NCBI GenBank assembly: GCA_016185545.1
Contig: JACPNJ010000005.1
Coordinates: 271,717 to 335,716 of the forward strand
DNA length: 64,000 bases
Source of the DNA: Candidatus Yanofskybacteria bacterium
GTDB lineage: Bacteria; Patescibacteriota; Minisyncoccia; 2-02-FULL-40-12; IGHO2-01-FULL-4-A
Direction of reading: 5' to 3'
Positions 19,797 to 29,706 of this stretch are shown here, one piece after another (within the stretch, counting starts at the first letter, position 1; the number at the start of each line of letters is the position of its first letter). The position numbers and the translations under genes are program-made. The notes beneath the pieces were generated by a model, which had not been told where the DNA came from, did not search any database, and was given only the letters and a program-made list of their open reading frames with translations.

Positions 19797-19916
19797 CCCG
19801 TTAGAGACAGGTTGCGACTCTGTCGCAACCGTACCAAATTAATTTATAATTACTTCCCGTTTAAGTACAATAGCCACCGCTTTTTAGTTTTCGATACGCG
19901 CTATGTCTCTAACGGG
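19797..19916. mobile_element. CCCGTTAG...CTAACGGG MITE, copy 2, at the second arsR start codon
   Basis: TIR cccgttagagaca/tgtctctaacggg; flanks GTGGAT/ATGGAT; nested ggttgcgac..gtcgcaacc hairpin. Confidence 0.75.
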
Positions 19917-19927
19917 ATCCACTGGTA

Positions 19928-20512
19928 TTATTGGTTATATTTACTTGGCAGATTTTGACGACCCCAACGAAGCGTTTTGGCCATCCAAACCAGCTCTTCA
20001 AGAAAATTATCTACTCGCCGATAAACGGCTTCTTCTTTGGGTTTTCCGTTTTCATCAAAAAAATCTTGGACCTTGAAAAAGTTAAGGTCAGAAAATGTAA
20101 CCGCCAAACCAAGTTCCCTGACAACCTGAACCAGTTGTTCAATAACCCGCGCTCCTCCAAATCCGCCGGCTGATACGCCGACAAGTCCGACTGTTTTGTG
20201 AATATATTCCTTAAGAAGAACATCAAGAGCCCGCTTTAAACTTCCCGGGTAGCCATGATTATACTCCGGCGCAATGACAATAAGCCCGTCGGCACGGATT
20301 ATGGCATCGCGCCACTTTGTATTTTTTTCTTTCAAACCGCTATAACCCCCTTCGTCATCCATCGGCAAATCCATTTCACGCGGATCAAAAAGTTCCGTTT
20401 CAATTTCGGTATGTTTGGAAACCTGTTCAAATAAAAACTTAGCAACTTTTTCGCTTTGCCTATCTTTCCGGACAGTACCCAAAAGAATCGGTATAAATAA
20501 TTTTCTATCCAT
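19928..20512 (-). CDS. NADPH-dependent FMN reductase
   Basis: GTVR..RQS, APEYNHGYPGSLKRALD, GGARVIEQL. Confidence 0.9.
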   Translation of the reverse strand: MDRKLFIPILLGTVRKDRQSEKVAKFLFEQVSKHTEIETELFDPREMDLPMDDEGGYSGLKEKNTKWRDAIIRADGLIVIAPEYNHGYPGSLKRALDVLLKEYIHKTVGLVGVSAGGFGGARVIEQLVQVVRELGLAVTFSDLNFFKVQDFFDENGKPKEEAVYRRVDNFLEELVWMAKTLRWGRQNLPSKYNQ

Positions 20513-20589
20513 ATTGATTGAATGGTTACTGAAATTATATTCTAGCTATTAATATTTGACAATAAATAAATATTTCTGGATTAAACTTT

Positions 20590-20621
20590 CAGGAGGAAGA
20601 ACGATTTCGTTCTTCCTCCTG
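20590..20621 (-). terminator. Stem-loop after the small peptide gene
   Basis: caggaggaagaacg-attt-cgttcttcctcctg. Confidence 0.65.
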
Positions 20622-20641
20622 TGTTCCAGCCCTCGCTCTTT

Positions 20642-20722
20642 CTAATAAGAGGAGGGCTCCATACAGCAGCCCTCTTGGCAGTGGGCTACCGCGCGCAGGA
20701 ACCACTTTTTGCGCTGTGGCAT
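20642..20722 (-). CDS. Unannotated 26-aa Cys-rich peptide MPQRKKWFLRAVAHCQEGCCMEPSSY
   Basis: Strong SD AAGGAGG 8 nt before ATG; own promoter and downstream hairpin. Confidence 0.6.
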   Translation of the reverse strand: MPQRKKWFLRAVAHCQEGCCMEPSSY

Positions 20723-20822
20723 GACTTTTCCCTCCTTTCCCTATGTAGTTGCTATAGACCAATGGACTTTTTAAGTCCGTGGCAATTTAGCAACCCATAG
20801 CAAGACAAGCAGGTGTTATCAT

Positions 20823-20866
20823 TTGAACAACCATTCAAGTATACTGCCAAACGGACATGAAGTCAA
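20823..20866 (-). promoter_or_regulatory. sigma70 promoter plus operator paralogous to the arsR promoter
   Basis: TTGACT-17-TATACT followed by TTGAAtggttgTTCAA. Confidence 0.75.
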
Positions 20867-20900
20867 TGTGGATAAAAATTACCCCTTTTGAAGGGGTAAT

Positions 20901-21602
20901 TTATTTGTCATCATTTGGTTTTTCTTTCAATAGCGCTTCGGTTCCTCCTCTGGTGCCGACCCTGGCAACATGTTTTTCTTCAAATTCGTTTATTTCTCCT
21001 TTGCGCGCTTTAATCAGCATGGCATAATTCATTAAATTACGGGCCATCACGTCTAGCATCGCTTTGGTGGCTTGATTTTTGCGGCGCTTTGTCGCGTCCA
21101 CATTCATGCCTCCGCCAACCTCGCCCACCCAATAAGCGACACTCTCGGGCGGTATGACAAATCCGAGCCACTGCAAGAAATTATACAAATTCCCTACAAT
21201 ATGCTGAACTCCGTCTTCGTGGCCGGTAATAACCAAACCGGCGACTTTATGATAGAGATCTGATTTTCCGGTCATAATATACGACTCGTCAAAATGAGTC
21301 ATTCGTTCCATAACTCGCTGAATCAAACTTGATTGTCCGCCCCACCAAATGGGCGTGGCGAAAATAACAATGTCCGCTTGTCGCAAAGCGTCGGCAATTT
21401 TGAGCCATTCATCGTCGTCAGACATCTTTTCCTCCAAGCCCACCGGAATATTCATATTGGCCAAACGAAACTTCTCTACCTCAACTCCATATTCGGCAAA
21501 ATGATTCAAAAGATCATTAACAAGCTCATCAGTATTAGACGGCTCATTCCCGGTCTTAAGAGTTCCCAATAAAACTATTGCTTTTAGTTTTTGTTCCGCC
21601 AT
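20901..21602 (-). CDS. Flavodoxin-like/NAD(P)H-dependent oxidoreductase
   Basis: SNT, ADIVIFATPIWWG, GHEDG. Confidence 0.85.
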   Translation of the reverse strand: MAEQKLKAIVLLGTLKTGNEPSNTDELVNDLLNHFAEYGVEVEKFRLANMNIPVGLEEKMSDDDEWLKIADALRQADIVIFATPIWWGGQSSLIQRVMERMTHFDESYIMTGKSDLYHKVAGLVITGHEDGVQHIVGNLYNFLQWLGFVIPPESVAYWVGEVGGGMNVDATKRRKNQATKAMLDVMARNLMNYAMLIKARKGEINEFEEKHVARVGTRGGTEALLKEKPNDDK

Positions 21603-21605
21603 AAT

Positions 21606-21839
21606 TTATTCGGTATTTATCTTGCAAAATTTGCAAAACTTGTGCCAAAAGTCAGGATGATCAACAATTAACTCTTCCAGTATAGCAAATGGGATAACGA
21701 TAACAACGGCTCCCAATACAACACGGGGATTTATTATTTGATCGGTCAAAAAATGCAAAGACAACAAATTGTCGGCCAGATTGGATATCAGACCAAAAAT
21801 TATAAATTCTAAAATTCTGAATTTAGTCCGTGTTTTCAT
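21606..21839 (-). CDS. Small membrane protein
   Basis: 77-aa ORF, two hydrophobic segments, operon spacing. Confidence 0.55.
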   Translation of the reverse strand: MKTRTKFRILEFIIFGLISNLADNLLSLHFLTDQIINPRVVLGAVVIVIPFAILEELIVDHPDFWHKFCKFCKINTE

Positions 21840-21845
21840 GAGGTT

Positions 21846-22229
21846 TTATTTTATCTGCCACTTGAAAATTAAATAGGATAAGATGCCAAGCTGAATAGTT
21901 GGCGTTAGGCCGGTATTTATCAACGGAATAATGGGCATAAATTCATTATACGCCCATCGGCCGGTTTTTAAAGCAGATAACTCTATTATAATTGCAACGA
22001 TAATGCCCATCAGCAACACATACCATTTTCTTTCTCTAAAGTAGACGATCTTAATAAATAATATGGCTAAAAGTGTTATAAAAACTGCATCAAAAAGTGT
22101 AGCTCGCAACAAAATGAGTCGAGTTATTTCTCCTGCCTTATAATGGATATACAGATATGAATGAAGATTTTCCCAAACCAAATTCAGTAAAAAGGCAACT
22201 GCAAATATTATGGAAAGTTTTTTGATCAT
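21846..22229 (-). CDS. Membrane protein
   Basis: Hydrophobic; RWAYNEFMP motif. Confidence 0.65.
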   Translation of the reverse strand: MIKKLSIIFAVAFLLNLVWENLHSYLYIHYKAGEITRLILLRATLFDAVFITLLAILFIKIVYFRERKWYVLLMGIIVAIIIELSALKTGRWAYNEFMPIIPLINTGLTPTIQLGILSYLIFKWQIK

Positions 22230-22304
22230 AGTCCTATTTTATATGATATATCTAGGTATTTAAATTGAGCTGAGAGCATTGGCAAGATCTTAACTAAATT
22301 CCAG

Positions 22305-22829
22305 CTATAATCTCCAACACACTGCCTTCGGTGTCCACACCCCATAATGGAAAGACTCGGGACCGTCAATTATACAGTAATCGGACCCGCCATCCCAAGC
22401 CGGATCCCTAAATTGAGAAAAATATTTTCCTTGGGGATGGGTTATAAGCTTAAAATCTATCCCGTCAGACGCATACACCCACGAATGGGCAATACCTCCA
22501 CAATTCAGGGATGGATCACTGGGCAATCTGAGGATGTATTTGGGAGCAAGGCCGGGAATATATTCCTGGCCAGAGCATTCCATCAGCTTAACTAACGGCC
22601 CTCCCGGCTCAAAGGTTTTAGGATAATTATAGTTTTCGGAACGATAAACCTCCAAAGCGATCTGAAGCTGTTCCAAATTAGTAATACGGGTCGTGTCTCT
22701 ATTTTTTAACCGTATTACATTTAATTGAATTGCAAATTGAGTTGATAAAATTCCCATAATTGATATGACCACCAAAAGCTCTATTAAAGTGAATCCTTGG
22801 TTATTTTTAATTATTTGGTAAATTTTCAC
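22305..22829 (-). CDS. Type IV pilin/GspG-like prepilin
   Basis: GFTLIELLVVISIMGIL; RD..R..L..ALE.Y; LPSDP; probable GTG start. Confidence 0.85.
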   Translation of the reverse strand: MKIYQIIKNNQGFTLIELLVVISIMGILSTQFAIQLNVIRLKNRDTTRITNLEQLQIALEVYRSENYNYPKTFEPGGPLVKLMECSGQEYIPGLAPKYILRLPSDPSLNCGGIAHSWVYASDGIDFKLITHPQGKYFSQFRDPAWDGGSDYCIIDGPESFHYGVWTPKAVCWRL

Positions 22830-23067
22830 TTGGTAAATTTTCCCGTAAATGGCTTTGAATACCAATAGTTTCTTCAGGATACTTTATTTGTAAAGATTTA
22901 TAAACAAAATACAAGCCAACCGACAGCGATATCGAGAATATCACAATAACCCATATCAATTTTTCTATCAAAAGATCTTTTTCTGACTTAATAGAGCCGG
23001 GTTTATATTGTAAGAAGGGAAAATTAAACTTCTTGTTAAAACCTAATATTTTTTCTAGTATCCTCAT
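22807..23067 (-). CDS. Hypothetical single-TM protein
   Basis: ORF with one hydrophobic segment. Confidence 0.4.
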   Translation of the reverse strand: MRILEKILGFNKKFNFPFLQYKPGSIKSEKDLLIEKLIWVIVIFSISLSVGLYFVYKSLQIKYPEETIGIQSHLRENLPSENLPNN

Positions 23068-23096
23068 ACTTATTATTTTAAATTATTCCTGAAAAA

Positions 23097-23345
23097 TTGA
23101 GAAGTGTATGCAGACCACAAGCCAATTCTGTCGCTTTGGGAGATAATAATTCTCTCAAGAAAAATTATCTTGAAAAAGTCGGCTCGAACCCCCAGCTCAC
23201 GGAGCGAGCGGTTTCGGTTTCGTTCAAAAATGACTGGCAAATTCTCGCTGAATTCAATGCCGAGCGGCGACTTGTCCGCTGAAGCCCGCAGGGCGAAGGA
23301 GGAAGCCGCGAGGCAACTTCTGATGTTTGTATTACTTGGCTGCGG
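23097..23345 (+). pseudogene. Possible C-terminal remnant of a site-specific recombinase, interrupted by a REP-like hairpin
   Basis: [23 protein letters not shown] resembles, from memory, CPR recombinase tails; hairpin at 23271-23306. Confidence 0.35.
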
Positions 23346-23457
23346 AGTTAGAACACTCTCAAACTCTGAAGGAGAACAAGTTCCCTACGGGGCATGCTTT
23401 TGAAATCATCTTACCAAATCTGATACACAAATCCAAAAAGCGAAATCTCCGCTGATT

Positions 23458-26142
23458 TTACGGAATTTGCAGAGGCAGAGATGGTGCAAAAACTTTTTTC
23501 TTAGAAAACTCAATGAGCAAAATTTCCACCAAGCTTATGCTAAAGATAATTGACCACTCAATTATATCCAGCGGCTGGGTAGATAAAAGTTTCTGCAGTG
23601 GCGGCAAGTAAATCGCGCCAATGAGCAACAGAAAACTTATGACCACCGCCCCGACAAGATAACGATTTGAAAAGATATCCTTTCTGAAAATAGTTCGCTT
23701 AAACGAGCGGACGCTGAACACGAAAACGAGAGAATCGAGACCCATAAGGGCAAATACTATTGTCCGTGTTTTTTGTATGTCGCCCGTCAGTTTCCAAAGG
23801 ATAAAGAAAGAAAGAAATGCCGCTATCCCCGTAATTAAAAATATGGCGGCCATCCAATGCTTCATGGGTTTATTCAGTATCGGCTCTTTTGGATTTCTGG
23901 GCTTCTCTTCCATCACTCCTTTGGTTTCCTGCTCGATGGTAAGGGCGATATCAGGGAGGCCGTCTTCCACGAGATTGATCCAAAGAATTTGCGCAGGAAG
24001 CAACGGCAGCGGAAATCCCATCGCCATGCTTCCTAAAAATAAAAAGAGTTCGGAAAAATCATCGGCAACTAAATACACGAAAACTTTTCGGATATTACCA
24101 AAGACAACTCGGCCCTGCTCGATCGCTTTTACCACGGTTTTGAAATTGTCATCCAAAATAACCAGATCAGCCACTTCTTTCGCCACATCGGTGCCGGAAC
24201 CGACCGCCACACCGATATCCGCGGCTTTCAAGGCCGGCGCGTCGTTTACCCCGTCTCCAAGCATCGCCACCACTTCCTCGTTTGCCTGAAGCGCGGCAAC
24301 GATTCTTAATTTATGACGCGGGGAAACGCGGGCATAAATGGAAAGATGTTTGGCTTTTTCTCTCAATTTCTCGTCGCTCGTAGTTTCCAACTCTTTGCCG
24401 TCAATTATGTTTTCGTCTCCGGCGTCAAGGCCGATTTCTTCGGCAATGGCTTTGGCGGTTAATCGGTGATCGCCGGTTACAATGACGGTGCGGATTCCGG
24501 CCTTTTTGGTGATTCTAATATATTCTTTGGCATCTTGGCGAAGGGGATCTTTTAGGGCGATAAATCCCACCAGCGTGAGTTCTTTTACCAAGTCGGCAAG
24601 ATTTTGGTATTTTGTGTCGGCGTTGTAATCCTTGTGAGCGCAGGCAAGCACTCGCAATCCTTTTTGAGTCAGCGATTCGAATTTTCGGATCAATTTGTCG
24701 AATTCCGAAGTGCCGAGTTTTTCTTTTCGTCCGTCAATATCCAAATCAATGGAACGCGCGATGATTTCTTCCGGCGCGCCTATGACATAGAGCGAATTTT
24801 TATATTCGCTTACGCGATGGAAAGCGGCGGCGTATTTATAGTCCGACTCAAAACTGATCCTATCGATGACCGGGTATTGTTTTTCGAGTTCGTGCTTGTT
24901 TAAGCCGGCCTGCATTCCCGCTAAAAGCAGGGCACGCTCGGTCGGTCTACCGCGCATTATCCATTCCTGCAATTCGGCTTCTGGATTTTCTACAAAGGCA
25001 TCGTTTGCCAAGGTGGCAATTTTGAGCGCGGCAATGTGGGATTCTACTCCGTTGACATTCTCTCCTTTGGCAAGTCCATTAAGACCGTCGCTCATCAATT
25101 CCCTCGTGCTCGTCAAAATATGGCTCACTTGCATCTTGCCCTCGGTTAGCGTGCCGGTTTTATCGGTACAGATAACGGTTACGCCACCCAGTGTTTCTGT
25201 CGCAGATAATTTTCTTACTAAGCCGTTTGTTTTGAAAATGCGCCGCATTCCCAACACAAGAATAACGGTTATCGCTGGAAGCAAGCCCTCCGGGATTGCC
25301 GAAACCACCAAAGCCAGAGATGCCACAAAAACCTCTGCTAAATTTTTCTCGGTGAAATAACCTTCAATGAGAATAATGAAAATAATAGAGAGAATAAAAA
25401 CGCCGAGCCAGCGCGAAAGTAAAACGATCTTTTTTTGAAGCGGGGTCTGCCGCTCTTTTGTTTCTTTGAGGAGCGAAACAACTTCGCCGATTTGCGTATT
25501 GATTCCCGTTGCAACAATAACGGCAGTTGCCCGTCCTTCTTCAATAATCGTTCCCATGAAAATCATGTTGTTTCGCTCGGGAAGCGGCGCGTCTTTCGGG
25601 AGTAAATCAACAACTTTCTTTTCAACTGCTTGGGATTCACCAGTGAGGCTGGCCTCATTTATTTTCAGACCCTTTGAATTGATAATTCGGCCATCGGCTG
25701 GCACTTTGTCGCCTGATTGTAAAAGCACGATGTCTCCCGCGACCAATTCCTCGCCGTCAATTTCTTTCTCATAACCATCCCGTAAAACTCTCGCTCGGAT
25801 TTTTACCATTCTTTTGAGAGCTAGAAGCGATTGGTTGGCTTTATTTTCTTGATAAAACCCGACGGTTGTATTAATGAGCAAAACAACAATTATAAATATA
25901 GAGTCGGAGTAATGTCCTAACGAAAAAGAAATGAGCACTGTTGTGATTAGGATATACATCAAAGGACTATTGAACTGACCCAAAAAGAGCCGTATTTTTG
26001 AATACGGTTTTTCTTGGGGAAGAGTATTGCGTCCGGATTTTTTCAGCCGCCGATTTGCTTCCGAATCGGTAAGCCCGATCTCTTTCGTTTTTAATTCAGC
26101 GACAACACTGTTCAGTGGAATCGCATACCAATTTTTACCCAT
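23458..26142 (-). CDS. Cation-transporting P-type ATPase (P2, Ca2+-like)
   Basis: TGES, PEGL, DKTGTLT, GDGVND. Confidence 0.95.
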   Translation of the reverse strand: MGKNWYAIPLNSVVAELKTKEIGLTDSEANRRLKKSGRNTLPQEKPYSKIRLFLGQFNSPLMYILITTVLISFSLGHYSDSIFIIVVLLINTTVGFYQENKANQSLLALKRMVKIRARVLRDGYEKEIDGEELVAGDIVLLQSGDKVPADGRIINSKGLKINEASLTGESQAVEKKVVDLLPKDAPLPERNNMIFMGTIIEEGRATAVIVATGINTQIGEVVSLLKETKERQTPLQKKIVLLSRWLGVFILSIIFIILIEGYFTEKNLAEVFVASLALVVSAIPEGLLPAITVILVLGMRRIFKTNGLVRKLSATETLGGVTVICTDKTGTLTEGKMQVSHILTSTRELMSDGLNGLAKGENVNGVESHIAALKIATLANDAFVENPEAELQEWIMRGRPTERALLLAGMQAGLNKHELEKQYPVIDRISFESDYKYAAAFHRVSEYKNSLYVIGAPEEIIARSIDLDIDGRKEKLGTSEFDKLIRKFESLTQKGLRVLACAHKDYNADTKYQNLADLVKELTLVGFIALKDPLRQDAKEYIRITKKAGIRTVIVTGDHRLTAKAIAEEIGLDAGDENIIDGKELETTSDEKLREKAKHLSIYARVSPRHKLRIVAALQANEEVVAMLGDGVNDAPALKAADIGVAVGSGTDVAKEVADLVILDDNFKTVVKAIEQGRVVFGNIRKVFVYLVADDFSELFLFLGSMAMGFPLPLLPAQILWINLVEDGLPDIALTIEQETKGVMEEKPRNPKEPILNKPMKHWMAAIFLITGIAAFLSFFILWKLTGDIQKTRTIVFALMGLDSLVFVFSVRSFKRTIFRKDIFSNRYLVGAVVISFLLLIGAIYLPPLQKLLSTQPLDIIEWSIIFSISLVEILLIEFSKKKVFAPSLPLQIP

Positions 26143-26291
26143 ATATTTTTATTGTGGTATTTCTCAATCTTTTTTGTAGAAGGACTAAAAATTTCTTTAG
26201 AAATAGAAATGGTATTACCTAGGGTAGCGGGGTCATTAATTTTGTATTCAACATTGTCCATTTTAACTTTAGGTTCTAACTTACTAGCCTC

Positions 26292-26549
26292 CTAGATTAA
26301 ATAATTTCGTAATTGCTTTTTTAGATAAGTACGGCCAGAACCACTTTTCAAAAACTTCTCTCGACCTACTGCATCACGTCTATCAAGATAGGCTTCAGCG
26401 TAAATAAGTTTCCATTCGCCACTCTTTATTCTTGTGGTACGACCGCCTTGTTTAATATTATGCTCCTCGATACGCCGTTTTAAGTTATCGGTTTGCCCGA
26501 TATACCAAGATTTATCATTTTGATTTTCTAAAAGGTAGACGGTAAACAT
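26292..26549 (-). CDS. Stand-alone GIY-YIG nuclease
   Basis: VYLL...WYIGQTDNLKRR..EHN, REKFLKSG; start moved to MFTVY. Confidence 0.9.
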   Translation of the reverse strand: MFTVYLLENQNDKSWYIGQTDNLKRRIEEHNIKQGGRTTRIKSGEWKLIYAEAYLDRRDAVGREKFLKSGSGRTYLKKQLRNYLI

Positions 26550-26650
26550 AAAATTGGCCCCGAAAAGTTCACTTCGTTCACCTCGGGGCTCACTCAAAAT
26601 AACGTTCTCGGCTCGCCACGAGATGAGCGAGCCTGCGAGCGAATTTTTCG

Positions 26651-26724
26651 TGGCTGCCGGGCTTGGATTCGAACCAAGATGATGTGATTCAGAGTCACAT
26701 ATCCTACCGTTAGATGACCCGGCA
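26651..26724 (-). tRNA. tRNA-Gln(CTG)
   Basis: Cloverleaf, GTTCGAATC, anticodon CTG, encoded CCA. Confidence 0.95.
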
Positions 26725-26795
26725 AATTTACTTAACTTTATAACAAAAAAGACGTTTTTACAACGCCCTAATTATCAATTACCAGTTACTAATTA

Positions 26796-27704
26796 CTAAA
26801 TCTTGAGGTGTTTTCTTATCGCAATCGCGCTTGAAACCATACCGAGAAACATACCGAGTAGAGTTACCATCAACACAACCTGCGGCACTCCTGTAATAAA
26901 ATAACCGAAGAGATTAATGCCGGGCGCAAAAGCCGCTATTTTATCGGAAGCAAAATAAACAGCAGGGTAAAAAATGGCAAGAGCGATAAACGCCGCGAAC
27001 AATCCATACAATCCCCCCTCGGCCAAATACGGCCCGCGGATATGCCAGTTGGAAGCGCCGACCAGCCGCATTATTTCAATCTCCTGCTTCTGGCTGAAAA
27101 TTGTGAGGCGAACAGTATTAAATGTCACTAAAACGGCAACCAGGGCAAGCACCAACGTAACTATCAAACCCCAGCTTCTGACCCCGCGTGAAATACTTTC
27201 AATTCTATCAATTACCCCCCGATTTTCATAAAAATTAATTTTGTCAATTACACCGCGCAGAGAACTATTTTCCAAAAATTGAGCAATTGACGCGTACTGT
27301 GACGGATCTTTAGTTTTTATATTAAGTGACGCCGCTAGGGGGTTAGAGTCAAGCTGTTCCAATGACTCTTGGATCAGCTCTTCTTGCGCGTGGCGCGCCT
27401 TGAAATCAGCCAAAGCTTCTTCCTGTGAAATATAGGTTACATCGGCTACTTCTGGAAGTATTGAAAGGTCGGATTTAATTTTAAGCGCCTGCTCTTCGGT
27501 GGCATCAGTTTTGAAGTAGGCACTGATGTCAATTTTTTCCTGCAGTGATGTAACGACTTGCAAACTTAAAAACTGAAGCGACAAAAGTCCAAGAAACAGA
27601 ACCAAAACCAGCGCCATAATACTGGTCGCGGCAAAACTTAAATAGCTATTTCGCTTAAAATTCGTCCACCCGGAATCAATAATTTTTTTGAAATTTATAG
27701 CCAT
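26796..27704 (-). CDS. ftsX: Cell division permease FtsX
   Basis: EIEIMRLVGAS, NPL motif; next to ftsE. Confidence 0.9.
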   Translation of the reverse strand: MAINFKKIIDSGWTNFKRNSYLSFAATSIMALVLVLFLGLLSLQFLSLQVVTSLQEKIDISAYFKTDATEEQALKIKSDLSILPEVADVTYISQEEALADFKARHAQEELIQESLEQLDSNPLAASLNIKTKDPSQYASIAQFLENSSLRGVIDKINFYENRGVIDRIESISRGVRSWGLIVTLVLALVAVLVTFNTVRLTIFSQKQEIEIMRLVGASNWHIRGPYLAEGGLYGLFAAFIALAIFYPAVYFASDKIAAFAPGINLFGYFITGVPQVVLMVTLLGMFLGMVSSAIAIRKHLKI

Positions 27705-27724
27705 TTAATTTTACATAATCTATA

Positions 27725-27824
27725 ATTTGACGGAGTTCAAGGCGGGCATGAGGAGCGAACCGAGACGTAGTTTGATGCTACGTCGAGGAAACACCGGAAT
27801 GCCCAACGCAGAAATCCGGCAAAT
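27725..27824. repeat. Structured intergenic palindromic element between ftsE and ftsX
   Basis: Nested stems ttg.cgga/tccggcaa, gggcat/atgccc, gacgtag/ctacgtc. Confidence 0.5.
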
Positions 27825-28508
27825 TTAGATTACGTAGCGACCGTTATGGGTCTGGTCGCGGACTATCTTCCCCCTATCCATACTCACCACCCTTTTCCCG
27901 ATAGAATTAACGATATTAGTATCATGCGAAGCCAAAACCACCGTCGTGCCAAGCTCGTTTATCTTCAATAATAATTTTACCACATCATAACTGTTAACCA
28001 AATCAAGGTTACCGGTCGGTTCATCGGCCAGAAGTATGCTGGGCCGGTGTATCATGGCGCGTGCAATCGCCAGCCGTTGTTTTTCACCGCCGGATAACTG
28101 CTCCGGGAAACTCTCTAACTTGTCACCCAATCCCACAATAGATAAAATCTGCGGCGCATCTTTCTCTATTTCTTCAGGCGCGGCATCAGACACCTCCATG
28201 GCAAAAGCAACATTTTCGTAGGCAGTTTTTCTGGATAATAACTTAAAATCCTGATAAACCGTGCCAATTTTGCGTCTTAAGTAGGGTATTTCTCTGTCCC
28301 TTATTTCGTCCAAGTCAGCACCTTCAATAAAAACCTTGCCGGATGTCGGACGTTCCTCTTTGGTCAGCATCTTGAGAAGGGTTGATTTACCCGCACCCGA
28401 CACCCCCACCAGGCAGACGAACTCCCCGGGTTTGATTTCCAGGTCAATGTTATCCAAAACCACATTGTGCGGTTCATATATTTTTTTTACTTTTTGGAAA
28501 CGTATCAA
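27825..28508 (-). CDS. ftsE: Cell division ATPase FtsE
   Basis: [30 protein letters not shown]. Confidence 0.92.
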   Translation of the reverse strand: MIRFQKVKKIYEPHNVVLDNIDLEIKPGEFVCLVGVSGAGKSTLLKMLTKEERPTSGKVFIEGADLDEIRDREIPYLRRKIGTVYQDFKLLSRKTAYENVAFAMEVSDAAPEEIEKDAPQILSIVGLGDKLESFPEQLSGGEKQRLAIARAMIHRPSILLADEPTGNLDLVNSYDVVKLLLKINELGTTVVLASHDTNIVNSIGKRVVSMDRGKIVRDQTHNGRYVI

Positions 28509-28559
28509 AAGCTATAAAGCTATAAAGTTATAAAGTTATAAAGCGGATGCTTTAAAATT

Positions 28560-29637
28560 TTACGGCTTTACGTCTTGTATTGCTTGGATCTCGGCCTCAA
28601 TAAAATCTTCCAGTTCCCCTTCTAACACCTTATCCGGCTGGCTGGATTCAATTCCCGTACGATGATCTTTGACCTGTTTGTAGGGATTCAGGACATAGGA
28701 ACGTATCTGGCTTCCCCATTCTATTTCACGCGATTCGGCACGCAATTGGGTCAGTTCGGCGACTTTTTTGTCTTCCATCAATTTGGCCAGCCGCGATTTG
28801 AGAATCTGCATAGCTTTTTCTTTATTCTGCGCCTGCGAGCGTTCTGATTGCACAGCAACCGCTATGTTTGTAGGAATATGCGTAATACGCACTGCGGTTT
28901 CAAGCTTATTAACATTCTGGCCGCCAGGACCGGATGAACGGAATGTGTCCACACGCAAATCCTTGGAATCAATTTCTATTTTAACATCTTCCAGCTCCGG
29001 CAAAATATCCACCAGCACAAATGAAGTATGGCGCAAACCTTTGGCCGAAAACGGCGAAATTCTCACTAAGCGGTGTACGCCCGATTCACCTTTCAGATAT
29101 CCGTAGGCAAACTGTCCACCGATTTCTGCAACCGCGTTTTTAGTGCCGTTTTGTTCACCAAGTGATTGGTCAAGAATTGTAAAACTCCAACCGTTATTCT
29201 CCGCATATTTCTGATACATCCTCAAAAGCATGCTAGCCCAATCTTGCGCATCAACCCCGCCAGCGCCGGAATATACGTAAAGTAAGGCATGCCCGCGATT
29301 ATACTTACCGGAAAGAAAAGCTCCGATATATCGTTTATCAAATTTTTTTTTAAACTGCAGGATCTCGGAAGAACGGCTAGAAAGCTCGAAATCGCTTAAT
29401 TGCAAAAAATCATCAAGTTTTTTGTTAAAATTGCCCCAGAAAACCGTTTCCTCTTTCAAATTATTTAATTCTTTTGATAATCGGCCGGCTTTTTCATGGT
29501 CTTTCCAAAAATCAGGCGACTGCATCTGGAATTCAATGTCACTGATTTTCAACCGCATTTCGTTCAATTCAAAGACGGTCCCAGATGGTCTGGGCTTTAT
29601 TTGCTATTTTATTCAACTCTAGGCGCAAATTTGTCAT
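28560..29637 (-). CDS. prfB: Peptide chain release factor 2 with programmed +1 frameshift
   Basis: SPF and GGQ motifs; 22-codon 5' ORF from 29637 ending CTT TGA at 29574-29569. Confidence 0.93.
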
Positions 29638-29665
29638 AGTCTTATTTTATCAAATAAAATTCCAT

Positions 29666-29700
29666 AAATCAAAAAGCGGCTTAAGCCGCTTTTTGATTTA
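29666..29700 (-). terminator. Stem-loop terminator
   Basis: aaatcaaaaagcggc-ttaa-gccgctttttgattt. Confidence 0.7.
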
Positions 29701-29706
29701 TGGAAT

